The position numbers and the translations under genes were made by a program. DNA of 30,306 nt from the NCBI GenBank assembly GCA_050178385.1, contig JBFXGD010000024.1, forward strand, positions 1 through 30,306, given 5' to 3'. Origin of the DNA: Calditrichaceae bacterium. GTDB taxonomy: Bacteria; Calditrichota; Calditrichia; Calditrichales; JBFXGD01. Position 1 is the first letter of the stretch; every line of letters begins with the position of its first letter. The notes beneath the pieces were generated by a model. The model ran no database searches. It was not told the DNA's origin and saw nothing but the letters and a program-made list of their open reading frames with translations. This document shows positions 1-11,080 of the stretch, piece after piece.

Positions 1-243
1 GTACAAACCGCTGACTATGGAATAAATTTTTATAATCTGCAGTCGAACAGTAACATCAATATATATAATTTAAACGGCCGTCATCTTAAAACGCTGAATT
101 CCGGTAATGAGCAGACAAACAGATTTGTCTGGGATTTAAGGGATCTTAACAATACAAGACTTGCCAGCGGTATATATATTTACGTGATCGAAGCCTACGG
201 TTTTGAAAAGATAGGAAAATTCGCGGTTATCAGAAAAAAATGA
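1..243 (+). CDS. 3' end of a secreted protein with a T9SS C-terminal sorting domain-like / FlgD-Ig-like tail (partial, not in ORF track)
   Basis: Frame 1 is open from base 1 to TGA at 241-243: ...INIYNLNGRHLKTL...FVWDLRDLNNTRLASGIYIYVIEAYGFEKIGKFAVIRKK*. The IYNLNG, WD..D, ASGIY and terminal K-FAVIR pattern is typical of these tails. The stop overlaps the next ATG (ATGA). Confidence 0.8.
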   Translation, partial: VQTADYGINFYNLQSNSNINIYNLNGRHLKTLNSGNEQTNRFVWDLRDLNNTRLASGIYIYVIEAYGFEKIGKFAVIRKK

Positions 244-1280
244 AATTTTTATTCATAAAATCGAGACTCATAATCCCCGTAGTTCTGCTGCTGATCCAAG
301 TTAACACTCGGGCGCAGGATGCAGACTGGATCAGGCAAAGCATTGATCTGACCATCAATACGCATTTTTCAGAAGCCGAATCTCTTTTGGTAAAGAGAAT
401 GGCTGCGGGGGATTCGGGCATTGATGTTAATTTTTACTATGCCTCTGTGCTGAATTCAAAAATGACTCATTTTGAAAATCAAAAAGGTGAAAAAAAATTT
501 ATCGATGCCTTAAACAAAGTGATCAGGAAAACAGATAATTATCTTGAGTCTAATCCTGATATCGATTCCACCGCGTTTGCGAAAATAGCGTTTTACGCGG
601 GAAGCGCCTACGGGTATCTTGCATATTATGACGGGCAGTGCGGGAAATGGTATCCGGCTCTTTCAAATGGGATGAAAGCCAAAAAATATCTGGAACGCGC
701 CGTTGAACTCGACAGTACGCTATACGATGCTTATCTTGGCCTGGGAACATATAACTACTGGGTCAGTTCCAGGGTCAGGCATGTGCTTTGGCTTCCGTTT
801 ATCCCGGATAATCGCGAACAGGGAATTGAATACATAAAAAAAACCGTCCGGAATAAATCATACAGTAAATATATGGCCATGCATCAGCTGATCTATGTAT
901 TGCTCGATTATAAGGATTATAAGGAAGCCGAAATTTTGGCTGAGAAGGTTGTAAAGGCCTATCCTGAAAGTCAGTTCATGTGGTGGGCAAACGCGCATAC
1001 GTATTTTAAGTCAAAAAAATACCGGCAGGCGGTGACATCTTACCTAAAGATATTATCTTTGATGGAAAAGAATCCGGAGTCCAATCCGATGCATTACCTT
1101 GACTGTCAGGTGCGTCTTGCCGAAATTTATCACCGTCTTGGGGATGAGGGCGCTTGTTTCAGACATAGTAAGCTCGCGCTGGAGCGCTCATACGGCGATA
1201 ACCTTTCAAAAAAAGATAAGAAGAGATTGGAGCAGGCGCGGGAGCTTATGGAAAACAGCCGAAAAAAAGCGGAGAATTAA
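240..1280 (+). CDS. Exported tetratricopeptide-repeat protein, function unknown
   Basis: 346 aa ORF with an N-terminal signal peptide (..NTRA|QD) and TPR-like helices (KKYLERAVELDSTLYDAYLGLG; AEKVVKAYPES; AHTYFKSKKYRQAVTSY). Confidence 0.8.
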   Translation: MKFLFIKSRLIIPVVLLLIQVNTRAQDADWIRQSIDLTINTHFSEAESLLVKRMAAGDSGIDVNFYYASVLNSKMTHFENQKGEKKFIDALNKVIRKTDNYLESNPDIDSTAFAKIAFYAGSAYGYLAYYDGQCGKWYPALSNGMKAKKYLERAVELDSTLYDAYLGLGTYNYWVSSRVRHVLWLPFIPDNREQGIEYIKKTVRNKSYSKYMAMHQLIYVLLDYKDYKEAEILAEKVVKAYPESQFMWWANAHTYFKSKKYRQAVTSYLKILSLMEKNPESNPMHYLDCQVRLAEIYHRLGDEGACFRHSKLALERSYGDNLSKKDKKRLEQARELMENSRKKAEN

Positions 1281-1309
1281 ATCCGGAATAAATGCCTTCC
1301 GAAATTGCC

Positions 1310-1338
1310 TTGATTTGAGGCGATTAAAAATTTAAATT
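1310..1338 (+). promoter_or_regulatory. Putative sigma70-type promoter for the parA operon
   Basis: TTGATT (1310-1315), 17 bp spacer, TAAATT (1333-1338) in the intergenic region upstream of parA. Confidence 0.5.
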
Positions 1339-1355
1339 AAAAACTTAATTTAAAT
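1330..1355. repeat. Perfect 11-bp inverted repeat, possible operator
   Basis: ATTTAAATTAA-aaac-TTAATTTAAAT, overlapping the putative -10 element. Confidence 0.55.
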
Positions 1356-1416
1356 CAGTTTTTCGAATGCTGAATTTCCTTTATTCAAGATATTTTATTA
1401 ATGTGAATGGGAGTTT

Positions 1417-2184
1417 ATGGGCAGGATTATTGCGATTGCGAATCAGAAGGGCGGCGTAGGAAAGACAACGACGGCCATTAATCTGGCGAGTTGTATTGCT
1501 ATTGCTGAAAAACAGGTTCTGTTGGTCGATATCGATCCACAGGCAAATGCCACGAGCGGTCTTGGGATGGATCCGGATGGTCAAAAATACTCAACTTATG
1601 AGGTGCTGCTGGCGGATGTAAATATTTCAGACGCTCTGATAAAAACTCATGTTCCGTATCTTGATCTTCTGCCTTCGCACATAAGGCTGGTGGGAGCCGA
1701 AATTGAACTTGTGGAAGTCAACAGCCGCGAACACCGGTTGTCCGGAAGTCTGTCAAAATTAAAAGATCAGTATGATTTTGTGTTTATCGACTGTCCGCCT
1801 TCTCTTGGTCTGCTGACTTTAAACGCCCTTAGCGCGGCGGACTCGGTATTGATCCCGATCCAGTGCGAATATTATGCTCTTGAGGGTCTTTCTCAGCTTC
1901 TGAACACGATTCACCTTGTGCAGAAAAATCTGAATAAAAGTCTGGAAATAGAAGGTGTTTTACTCACCATGTATGATAACAGGCTGAATTTATGTAATCA
2001 GGTTGCCGCGGAAGTCAGAGAGTATTTTAAGGAAAAGGTCTATAATACGGTTGTTAACCGAAATGTCCGTTTGGGTGAAGCGCCTAGTTTCGGAAAACCG
2101 ATAATTATGTACGATGCGGTTTGCATCGGAAGCCAAAATTATATCAGTCTTGCCGAGGAAGTTATAGGTGAAAAAAACAAATAG
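1417..2184 (+). CDS. parA: Chromosome partitioning ATPase ParA/Soj
   Basis: Deviant Walker [11 protein letters not shown], plus [29 protein letters not shown] and EAPSFGKP. Confidence 0.97.
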   Translation: MGRIIAIANQKGGVGKTTTAINLASCIAIAEKQVLLVDIDPQANATSGLGMDPDGQKYSTYEVLLADVNISDALIKTHVPYLDLLPSHIRLVGAEIELVEVNSREHRLSGSLSKLKDQYDFVFIDCPPSLGLLTLNALSAADSVLIPIQCEYYALEGLSQLLNTIHLVQKNLNKSLEIEGVLLTMYDNRLNLCNQVAAEVREYFKEKVYNTVVNRNVRLGEAPSFGKPIIMYDAVCIGSQNYISLAEEVIGEKNK

Positions 2185-3037
2185 GCTTGGCCGGGGGTTA
2201 AGCGCGCTTATCCCTGAAACAGACGGATCGGATTCCAGCAATAATAAAAAACTGATAGAAGTTGATGTGGCGTTGGTGAGAGCCAATCCATACCAGCCCC
2301 GGCTCGGTTTTGATCCGGTCGCTCTTGGGGAACTAAAGGCATCCATACAGGAAAAAGGTGTTATTCAGCCGATTACCATTCGGGAAGTGGATAATCATTA
2401 TGAACTGATCGCCGGAGAGCGCCGTCTGCGGGCGGTTACGGATCTTGGGCTACCAAAAATACCGGCATATATCATCGAGGTGAATACAAAAGAGGAAATG
2501 CTGGAGCTCGCGATTATCGAAAATGTTCAGAGGGAGAAATTAAATCCCATTGAACAGGCGGTTGCCTATAACCGTCTTATAGACGAATGCAATCTGACAC
2601 AGGATGACGTCGCACAGAAAATCGGCAAGGATCGTACGACAATCACGAACATCATCCGTTTGCTGAAATTACCGCAAAATATCCAGAATGGTGTCAAAAA
2701 AAATGAAATTTCCATGGGTCACGCCAGGGCTCTTCTGGCAATTGACGATCAGGATGTTCAGAATCAGATATTCAGAAAAATTATAAAAAATAATCTGTCG
2801 GTCAGAAAAGTCGAGAAGATGATAAAAGATCTCGGCGAAGAATCGGATACAAAGCCGGCTTCCGGTGCCCGGCGTTCCGTCTTTGTTCAGAAAGTTGAGG
2901 AAGAATTAAGGGAACTGTTCGGTACTAAGGTCAGTATACGATCACGCAAAGAGGGCGGATCGATTGAAATAGATTTTTATTCGCCGGAAGATCTGAACCG
3001 TCTTATCGAAATTTTTGAAAAAATGCAGGTAAATTAA
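2168..3037 (+). CDS. parB: Chromosome partitioning CTPase ParB/Spo0J
   Basis: GTG start overlapping parA. N-terminal LGRGLSAL ParA-interaction motif, [20 protein letters not shown] and [21 protein letters not shown]. Confidence 0.97.
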   Translation: MKKTNRLGRGLSALIPETDGSDSSNNKKLIEVDVALVRANPYQPRLGFDPVALGELKASIQEKGVIQPITIREVDNHYELIAGERRLRAVTDLGLPKIPAYIIEVNTKEEMLELAIIENVQREKLNPIEQAVAYNRLIDECNLTQDDVAQKIGKDRTTITNIIRLLKLPQNIQNGVKKNEISMGHARALLAIDDQDVQNQIFRKIIKNNLSVRKVEKMIKDLGEESDTKPASGARRSVFVQKVEEELRELFGTKVSIRSRKEGGSIEIDFYSPEDLNRLIEIFEKMQVN

Positions 3038-3047
3038 GAATAATCTT

Positions 3048-3857
3048 ATGGGACATAAAAAGCGTAAAGTAAAATATTTTTCATTCCTGATTGTGCCGGA
3101 TAATAAAGAAGCCCCGATATCGTTCAGGTTGCGTACAAGCATATTGACTCTCCTTATCGGCGCGGGCATCGCTGTTCTGGTCCTGATTGTGGCTGGCGCT
3201 GCAAGTTACTGGAAAGTCGCCGAAGTGGCACTGGATTACAACAGACTGGAAGAAGAGAATTTTAAACTCCATAAAAGTCTGAATCAGATGGAACAGTTAA
3301 AAGCGGATCTCAACAAAGTACAGCAATTTGAGAAACAAATTCGTTCATCGTTGAGCGGCTATGTATCTGTTGATAAAGTGAGCGATGTTGATACGCTGCA
3401 GCTGTCAAAATTAAATTTTGAGCAAATGAGTCTTGACCAGAGAAAGACCATTTTTAATTCGATTCCGAGTGTCAAGCCGGTTGAAGGGTTTATGACCCGG
3501 GGTTTGGATGTAAGTTCTCTGCTGACTGATCCCCATTTGGGTATCGATATTGCCGCTCCCATGGGTTCTCCTATCCGGGCCACCGCTGACGGTGTAGTGA
3601 CTTTTGCGGGTTGGACGGATGACGCGGGTTATGTGTTGATCATTGAGCATGGATTCGGTTTCTCGTCGCTTTACAAGCACAATGAAAGAAATATCGTAGG
3701 TGTAATGGAAAAAGTAAGCAAAGGGCAGGTGATCGCGCTGCTGGGTGATACGGGAAAGATCAGCTCGGGTGCCCATCTGCATTTCGAAGTATGGAAGAAT
3801 GGCAATCCGGTAGATCCGGTATTTTATATTGGTGAAATCGTTAAAGATAAGAGTTAA
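3048..3857 (+). CDS. Membrane-anchored M23 family peptidoglycan endopeptidase (TM, coiled coil, M23)
   Basis: One hydrophobic segment (ILTLLIGAGIAVLVLIVAGAA), a coiled coil, and zinc ligand motifs HLGID (HxxxD), YKH and HLHFEV (HxH). Confidence 0.92.
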   Translation: MGHKKRKVKYFSFLIVPDNKEAPISFRLRTSILTLLIGAGIAVLVLIVAGAASYWKVAEVALDYNRLEEENFKLHKSLNQMEQLKADLNKVQQFEKQIRSSLSGYVSVDKVSDVDTLQLSKLNFEQMSLDQRKTIFNSIPSVKPVEGFMTRGLDVSSLLTDPHLGIDIAAPMGSPIRATADGVVTFAGWTDDAGYVLIIEHGFGFSSLYKHNERNIVGVMEKVSKGQVIALLGDTGKISSGAHLHFEVWKNGNPVDPVFYIGEIVKDKS

Positions 3858-3868
3858 AAGGAGATATA

Positions 3869-4264
3869 GTGGCTTTCAAAGGAACAAATTCAGATGCGGG
3901 TTCGACAGAGCTTAATTTTATCGGTAAGGGAACTGTGATCGAAGGACACATTCGCACCGACAGCAGCATTCGAATCGACGGTAAAATAAAAGGATCTTTG
4001 AGTTGTAAAAACACCCTGACGATTGGTGAAAGCGGTGAAATTGAAGGTGATATAGACGCCAGCAACGCGATCGTGGGCGGTAAGATAAAAGGCAAGGTTA
4101 CCATCAAGGAAAAATTGGTGCTGGAAGCCAGATCAAGCCTGATCGGTGAACTCAAAGCCAAAAAACTGATTATCGACGAAGGAGCAATTTTTGACGGTGT
4201 TTCTGACATGGGGATCAATCAGGCTGATAAAAGCGCCCCCGCGGAAGCCGCGTCGGGGAAATAA
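3869..4264 (+). CDS. Bactofilin (polymer-forming cytoskeletal protein, CcmA/BacA family)
   Basis: Beta-helix repeats IGKGTVIEGHI..IRIDGKIKG..LTIGESGEIEGDI..IVGGKIKG..IIDEGAIFDG. GTG start after an AAGGAG RBS. Confidence 0.95.
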   Translation: MAFKGTNSDAGSTELNFIGKGTVIEGHIRTDSSIRIDGKIKGSLSCKNTLTIGESGEIEGDIDASNAIVGGKIKGKVTIKEKLVLEARSSLIGELKAKKLIIDEGAIFDGVSDMGINQADKSAPAEAASGK

Positions 4265-4278
4265 GTTCCCGGGATTTA

Positions 4279-4518
4279 ATGGCAAACTTCAAAAAACCAG
4301 GCTCAAGCGACCTGAATAAAGCGTTTCACAAGGCGGCACCTTATCTCAACATTGGATATGTTTTGACAGGAAGCGTTATTTTTTTTGCCGTAGCCGGAAA
4401 CTGGGTTGATAAAAAATTTGATCACCAGCCTTTGTTTCTAATCATAGGTGTTTTCGTGGGTTTGATTTTAGGGTTTTATAATATGATTAAAGTGATTCAG
4501 GAATTGGAGCGAAAATAG
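4279..4518 (+). CDS. AtpZ/AtpI-family small membrane protein (ATP synthase 'gene 1')
   Basis: Two TM helices with G..vD..f...P.f.i.G...G...GFY pattern, lying upstream of atpB. Confidence 0.85.
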   Translation: MANFKKPGSSDLNKAFHKAAPYLNIGYVLTGSVIFFAVAGNWVDKKFDHQPLFLIIGVFVGLILGFYNMIKVIQELERK

Positions 4519-4520
4519 GT

Positions 4521-4904
4521 TTGAAGGTTAAAAAATTCTTTTTGGGTCTTTGTATTATCCTGACATTTTACGCGGCTGTTTCATGGGGGGTTTCAAAAAC
4601 TTTTAATTTTAATGAACAGCAGGACCTTGGATTATTCCTGGCGGGAATTTTTTCAACGCTCAACATCGTTGCTGCCTATTTTATCATAATGTATTCGCTC
4701 AAAAAAGATCAAAAAGAGTTTGCAAAAATATTTTTGACGGGTATGGTTATCAGAATTTTAATTTTATTAATAATAATTTTCATAATTATTAGCTATAGTC
4801 AGGTAGAAGATTTTGTTTTTTTATCTGGCTTGTTTATATTATATTTTATTTATCAAATATGGGAAATCTTAATCCTCAACAGGACTCTTAAAAAAGGGTA
4901 TTGA
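4521..4904 (+). CDS. AtpI-like four-TM membrane protein
   Basis: 127 aa with four hydrophobic segments and a GMVIR motif, directly before atpB. TTG start. Confidence 0.7.
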   Translation: MKVKKFFLGLCIILTFYAAVSWGVSKTFNFNEQQDLGLFLAGIFSTLNIVAAYFIIMYSLKKDQKEFAKIFLTGMVIRILILLIIIFIIISYSQVEDFVFLSGLFILYFIYQIWEILILNRTLKKGY

Positions 4905-4908
4905 TTGT

Positions 4909-5763
4909 ATGTCTTTACTTAGTGTCGCTGCGAATACTGCTGCTGCAGATACCGTTGCTGCCCAGGGCGAAAATATCGGAAAATGGATAGAGCATCATCT
5001 TCAAAACAGTAATCAATGGCATCTACCCGGCTTACAAATTCACCTGCCGCACTTTGAGCCAATTCATATTTTTGGAATGACGCTGGATTTGTCCATCACA
5101 AATCATGTTGTGATGATATGGATTGCCGCCATATTTCTGATTCTGATGTTTAAGCTCTCTTTCAAACCCACGCGAAAAGTGCCTCGCGGGGCGGGCGCGC
5201 TGATCGAACTGCTGGTGGTATTTATTAGGGATGAAGTGGCGATCTCCAACATGGGAGAAAAAGAAGGCCGTCGATTTACGCCTCTTTTGATTACCTTCTT
5301 CTTTTTTATCCTGATCAGTAATCTGATGGGGTTGATTCCCCTTTTCAGCACATCAACGAGCAATATAAATGTCACCGCGGCACTTGCGTTGATCACATTT
5401 GGTTCGACGCAATATTTTGGGATAAAGGAGAGCGGACTGATAGGGTATTATAAATCACTGGTTCCTCATGGGGTGCCGGTTCTTCTATGGCCGCTGATGT
5501 TTGTGATTGAAATAATGGGTCTCGTGGCAAAGCATGTGGCGCTCACAATCCGTCTTTTCGCGAATATGACGGCCGGTCATATTGTTCTGTTTGCCTTCCT
5601 GGGCCTTATTATGATATTTAAGTCATTTTTTGTTTCGCCTGTCTCGATCGGATTCGCGATTTTTGTATATTTTCTTGAATTACTGGTTGCCTTTATTCAG
5701 GCGTATATTTTTACGGTTTTATCGGCGTTGTTCATTGGTATGAGTGTTAATCCGGAACATTAG
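4909..5763 (+). CDS. atpB: F1Fo ATP synthase subunit a
   Basis: SNLMGLIP, TSNINVT, essential Arg in IRLFANMTAGH, and LELLVAFIQAYIFTVL. Confidence 0.98.
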   Translation: MSLLSVAANTAAADTVAAQGENIGKWIEHHLQNSNQWHLPGLQIHLPHFEPIHIFGMTLDLSITNHVVMIWIAAIFLILMFKLSFKPTRKVPRGAGALIELLVVFIRDEVAISNMGEKEGRRFTPLLITFFFFILISNLMGLIPLFSTSTSNINVTAALALITFGSTQYFGIKESGLIGYYKSLVPHGVPVLLWPLMFVIEIMGLVAKHVALTIRLFANMTAGHIVLFAFLGLIMIFKSFFVSPVSIGFAIFVYFLELLVAFIQAYIFTVLSALFIGMSVNPEH

Positions 5764-5827
5764 CCGGAAATTATAATAATTGACACTGGAGTAAACTTTA
5801 AACTACATATTTTGGAGGAATCTAATA

Positions 5828-6061
5828 ATGAGTGAATGGTCATTGGCTTTCGCGTATCTGGCAGCAGGACTTGGTGCTGGTTTTGTTACGTTTGGCGCGG
5901 GTTTAGGTATTGGTAAAATTGCCGCTTCCGCAATGGACGGTACAGCAAGACAGCCGGAAGCCGGCGGTGCAATTCGTATAACGATGATTATCGCGGCGGC
6001 GATGATTGAAGGTGTGGCGCTGTTTGGTGCAGTAGTCTGCTTCCTTCTGGCCAGTAAATAA
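5828..6061 (+). CDS. atpE: F1Fo ATP synthase subunit c (H+-type signature)
   Basis: GAGLGIG, loop ARQPE and conserved Glu in MIEGVALF. GGAGG RBS. Confidence 0.98.
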   Translation: MSEWSLAFAYLAAGLGAGFVTFGAGLGIGKIAASAMDGTARQPEAGGAIRITMIIAAAMIEGVALFGAVVCFLLASK

Positions 6062-6082
6062 TCGATCTAAGAGGAAATTAAA

Positions 6083-6577
6083 ATGCTTGAATTAGATCCA
6101 GGGATGATGATCTGGACATGGATCACTTTTTTCATTGTCATCACCATCCTGTATAAAGTGGCGTTAAAACCGATGCTCGCGGCGATTCAAAATCGGGAAA
6201 ATGCGATTCATGATGATTTGCAGAATGCCGCGAATCAGCGCGAAGAAGCGGAAAAGTTGCTGGAACAACATAAAAAATTGATGGCTGACGCGGAAACGGA
6301 AGCTCAAAAGATTCTCAAACAGAATCAGGAACTGGCTGAAAAATCAAAACAGGAAATTCTTGAGAGCGCGCGCGTGAATTCGGCACAGCTTATTGAAAAA
6401 GCAAAAAAAGAAATCGATCAGCAAAAAGAAAGCGCCATCGCTTCGCTGAAGGCGGAAGTTGCCGATATGGCAATCGGAGCGGCGGAAATAATTCTTGTTC
6501 AGTCTCTGGATAAGGATAAACAGAAAAAGCTCGTCGACGATTATATTGAGTCGATGCCAAAATCGTCTAAAAATTAA
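6083..6577 (+). CDS. atpF: F1Fo ATP synthase subunit b
   Basis: DPG..IW N-terminal TM, KP......R motif, long charged helix, and operon position. Confidence 0.96.
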   Translation: MLELDPGMMIWTWITFFIVITILYKVALKPMLAAIQNRENAIHDDLQNAANQREEAEKLLEQHKKLMADAETEAQKILKQNQELAEKSKQEILESARVNSAQLIEKAKKEIDQQKESAIASLKAEVADMAIGAAEIILVQSLDKDKQKKLVDDYIESMPKSSKN

Positions 6578-6592
6578 TAAGGAAAAGAACTG

Positions 6593-7123
6593 TTGAATCG
6601 GGTTTCGAAACGATACGCCAAAGCTCTTTTTGAGCTGGCAAAAGAACAGAATAAACTGGAAAAAATCGATGCGGATTTCCTGGAGCTTAAGAAACTGGTT
6701 GATACCAATGATGAGTTTAACAATTTTATCGCCAATCCGTTAATCTCCAAATCCGTGAAATATCAGATTGTAAAGCAATTGTTTGAATCAAAATTGGATG
6801 ATCTGACATACAGGTTTTTGCTCCTGGTTAATGAGAAAAACCGTATTTCCCTTTTACCGGAAATGATTGAGCGGTTCAATGTTCTTTTGCTGAATCACCG
6901 CAATCAGGTTGAAGGTGAAGTGGTGAGCGTGGTGGAGTTATCCGGACTGCAAATCGGTAATATTCAGAGCAATATCGAAGATCTTATCGGAAAAACAGTG
7001 ATTCTCAAACAACGTCTTGATCCGGATGTATTAGGCGGTTTTGTTGTAAAGGTTCAGGATATTATTATTGATAACAGTGTCCGGTATCAGTTGATTAAGT
7101 TACGTGAAAAACTTCTGGCTTGA
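6593..7123 (+). CDS. atpH: F1Fo ATP synthase subunit delta
   Basis: KRYAKALF, NP, KNRI, DPDVLGGFVV and IDNSV. Confidence 0.96.
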   Translation: MNRVSKRYAKALFELAKEQNKLEKIDADFLELKKLVDTNDEFNNFIANPLISKSVKYQIVKQLFESKLDDLTYRFLLLVNEKNRISLLPEMIERFNVLLLNHRNQVEGEVVSVVELSGLQIGNIQSNIEDLIGKTVILKQRLDPDVLGGFVVKVQDIIIDNSVRYQLIKLREKLLA

Positions 7124-7149
7124 TGATTTTAAAAAAGAGGTAGTAATTA

Positions 7150-8673
7150 ATGAGTAATGCAGTGAGACCAGATGAAGTCTCTGCAATCTTAAAGAAGCAA
7201 TTAAAAGACTTCCAGAAAGAAGCGGATGTATATGAAGTAGGGACTGTGCTTCAGGTTGGTGATGGAATTGCTCGTGTACACGGTCTTGAAAAAGTTATGG
7301 CCGGCGAACTTGTTGAATTTCCTCATGAGGTCATGGGGATGGTGTTCAACCTTGAAGAAGATAACGTCGGTGTCATTCTTTTCGGCGAAGATACGCTGAT
7401 TAAAGAAGGCGATATTGTTAAACGCACAAAGCGGGTTGTGGAAGTTCCCGCCGGTGAGGAGCTGCTGGGCAGGGTTGTGAATCCTCTCGGACAGCCGATT
7501 GACGGCAAGGGAAGTATCGATGCGAAAAAGTTTGTGCTGGTAGAAAGAAAGGCTCTTGGAGTTGTCCAGAGACAGCCGGTTAAAGAACCCCTCGCGACAG
7601 GAATTAAGGCGATTGATTCGATGATTCCTATCGGGCGCGGGCAGCGTGAGTTGATCATCGGCGACCGTCAGACGGGTAAAACAGCCGTCGCGATTGATAC
7701 TATCATCAACCAAAAAGGTAAAGATGTGTTTTGTATCTATGTGGCGATCGGCCAGAAAGCATCAACCGTGGCAAAAGTGGTGAGGACGCTTGAAGAATAC
7801 GGCGCGATGGATTACACTATCGTCGTATCGGCAAGCGCCAGTGAGCCGGCGCCGCTGCAGTTTATAGCGCCTTACTCGGGTGCGGCAATGGGAGAATACT
7901 TCAGAGACAGCGGTCGTCATGCCCTCGTGGTCTATGATGATCTTACGAAGCATGCCTGGGCTTACCGTCAGGTATCGCTCCTGCTGCGTCGTCCTCCCGG
8001 CCGTGAAGCATATCCCGGTGATGTATTCTATTTGCATTCAAGACTGCTCGAACGCGCCGCGAAATTGAGTGATGAACTTGGAGGCGGGTCATTGACAGCG
8101 CTTCCGATTATCGAGACTCAGGCCGGTGACGTTTCCGCGTACATCCCGACCAATGTGATTTCAATTACCGATGGTCAGATATTTCTTGAATCGAATTTGT
8201 TCTTCTCGGGTGTTCGGCCCGCTATTAACGTTGGAATCTCTGTCTCCCGTGTAGGCGGCAGCGCCCAGATCAAGGCAATGAAGCAGGTCGCAGGACGCTT
8301 ACGTCTCGAACTGGCCCAGTATCGTGAAATGGAAGCGTTTGCAAAGTTTGGTTCCGATCTGGATGCAGCGACTCAGCAGCAGTTAAGACGCGGTGAGCGC
8401 CTGGTTGAAGTTTTAAAGCAGGGGCAGTATGTCCCGATGGAATTCGATCGGCAGGTAGCGGTCATTTTTGCCGCGACCAACGGATATCTTGATAAGATGC
8501 CGGTGGATATAATCGGCCGTTTCGAAAAAGAATTTCTGGATTATATCGATATGAAACACCAGGATGTGCTGAAGTTAATCAGCGAGCAAAAGACTTTAAC
8601 AGATGAAATTAGAGAAAAATTGAAAAATGTAGTCGAATCGTTTATCGCTAATTTTAAGGTTGAGGGAGTTTAA
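7150..8673 (+). CDS. atpA: F1Fo ATP synthase subunit alpha
   Basis: [47 protein letters not shown] and SITDGQIFL. Confidence 0.99.
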   Translation: MSNAVRPDEVSAILKKQLKDFQKEADVYEVGTVLQVGDGIARVHGLEKVMAGELVEFPHEVMGMVFNLEEDNVGVILFGEDTLIKEGDIVKRTKRVVEVPAGEELLGRVVNPLGQPIDGKGSIDAKKFVLVERKALGVVQRQPVKEPLATGIKAIDSMIPIGRGQRELIIGDRQTGKTAVAIDTIINQKGKDVFCIYVAIGQKASTVAKVVRTLEEYGAMDYTIVVSASASEPAPLQFIAPYSGAAMGEYFRDSGRHALVVYDDLTKHAWAYRQVSLLLRRPPGREAYPGDVFYLHSRLLERAAKLSDELGGGSLTALPIIETQAGDVSAYIPTNVISITDGQIFLESNLFFSGVRPAINVGISVSRVGGSAQIKAMKQVAGRLRLELAQYREMEAFAKFGSDLDAATQQQLRRGERLVEVLKQGQYVPMEFDRQVAVIFAATNGYLDKMPVDIIGRFEKEFLDYIDMKHQDVLKLISEQKTLTDEIREKLKNVVESFIANFKVEGV

Positions 8674-9542
8674 TGGCTACACTACGGGAGATCCGGCGCC
8701 GAATTACGAGTGTGCGCAGCACCCAGCAGATTACCAAAGCGATGAAGATGGTAGCGGCTGCAAAATTAAGGCGCGCTCAGGAAAATATTCTGGCCATAAG
8801 ACCGTATGCTTATAAAATGCGTGATTTGATTGCCCATTTAACCGCGGTTTCGGCTGATATTCAGTCAATCCCGCTTCTCGAAACACGTCCGGTGGAAAGA
8901 GTGCTTCTCGTTGTTGTGACAGCGGATAGGGGGCTGTGCGGAGCGTTTAACGGCAATATTCTCAGGACGGCAGTTAAACGGGTTGCAGATTATAGTTCGA
9001 AGGAAGTATATATTTATCCTGTCGGCCGCAAATCAAATGATTTTTTCAGGAAAAGAGATTACAAAATTCATGACAGAAAACTAAATTTCTTTAATCATCT
9101 GAATTTTGAAGACGCTCTTGAAATTTCCCGGAATCTGATTTCGTATTATGTGCAAAATCAGTTTGACCGGATAGAAGTTATTTACAATGAATTTAAATCT
9201 GCCGTTCAGCAGAATGTAATTGTTGAACAATTCCTTCCCTTTGTGCCCGATCCGGAAATGGCGGAACAAAAATCACATGTTGATTTTATCTTTGAGCCCG
9301 ATATGACGGCAATCCTGAATGAAGTTATTCCGAAAGATTTGAATGTGCAGATTTGGCGGATACTCCTGGAAAGTAATTCAGCCGAACAGGGCGCGAGGAT
9401 GACAGCGATGGAGAACGCGACTGTCAGCGCGGAGGAAATGGTTGGCAGATTGACACTTTATTATAACCGAGCCAGACAGGCCGCGATTACAAGTGAAATT
9501 TCCGAGATCGTCGGCGGAGCAGAGGCTCTGAAGGAAGGTTAG
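8673..9542 (+). CDS. atpG: F1Fo ATP synthase subunit gamma
   Basis: QITKAMKMVAAAKL, DRGLCGAFN, ARMTAMENAT and YNRARQAAITSEISEIVGGAEAL. Confidence 0.99.
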   Translation: MATLREIRRRITSVRSTQQITKAMKMVAAAKLRRAQENILAIRPYAYKMRDLIAHLTAVSADIQSIPLLETRPVERVLLVVVTADRGLCGAFNGNILRTAVKRVADYSSKEVYIYPVGRKSNDFFRKRDYKIHDRKLNFFNHLNFEDALEISRNLISYYVQNQFDRIEVIYNEFKSAVQQNVIVEQFLPFVPDPEMAEQKSHVDFIFEPDMTAILNEVIPKDLNVQIWRILLESNSAEQGARMTAMENATVSAEEMVGRLTLYYNRARQAAITSEISEIVGGAEALKEG

Positions 9543-9554
9543 AAGACTCATTAA

Positions 9555-10964
<1,410 letters not shown>

Positions 10965-11005
10965 GAAGTATATTTAGTACAATTAGTTTGATCAATAAAT
11001 CATGG

Positions 11006-11039
11006 AAAGATGATGACTCAGGTCGTCATCTTTTTATTT
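11006..11039 (+). terminator. Intrinsic-terminator-like hairpin between atpD and atpC
   Basis: AAAGATGATGAC-tcag-GTCGTCATCTTT (12 bp stem with one G-U pair) followed by TTATTT. Confidence 0.7.
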
Positions 11040-11080
11040 AAGTTTTATCAGGAACAGTCGAACCTATAGGGAGATATCGT

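Noticed and set aside
1281..4300. parS site near parAB
   Set aside because: I found no match to TGTTTCACGTGAAACA by eye. A degenerate site could have been missed, so a motif scan is needed.
5780..5810. Internal promoter before atpE (TTGACA at 5780-5785)
   Set aside because: There is no good -10 at 16-18 bp spacing, and the implied start would cut into the RBS. The gap is more likely an AT-rich translational enhancer.
7201..8068. Antisense and alternate-frame ORFs in atpA (likewise in parA/B, the TPR genes, aspS, thiolase and hbd)
   Set aside because: They lie wholly within well-supported genes and show no recognisable motifs. They are expected shadow ORFs.
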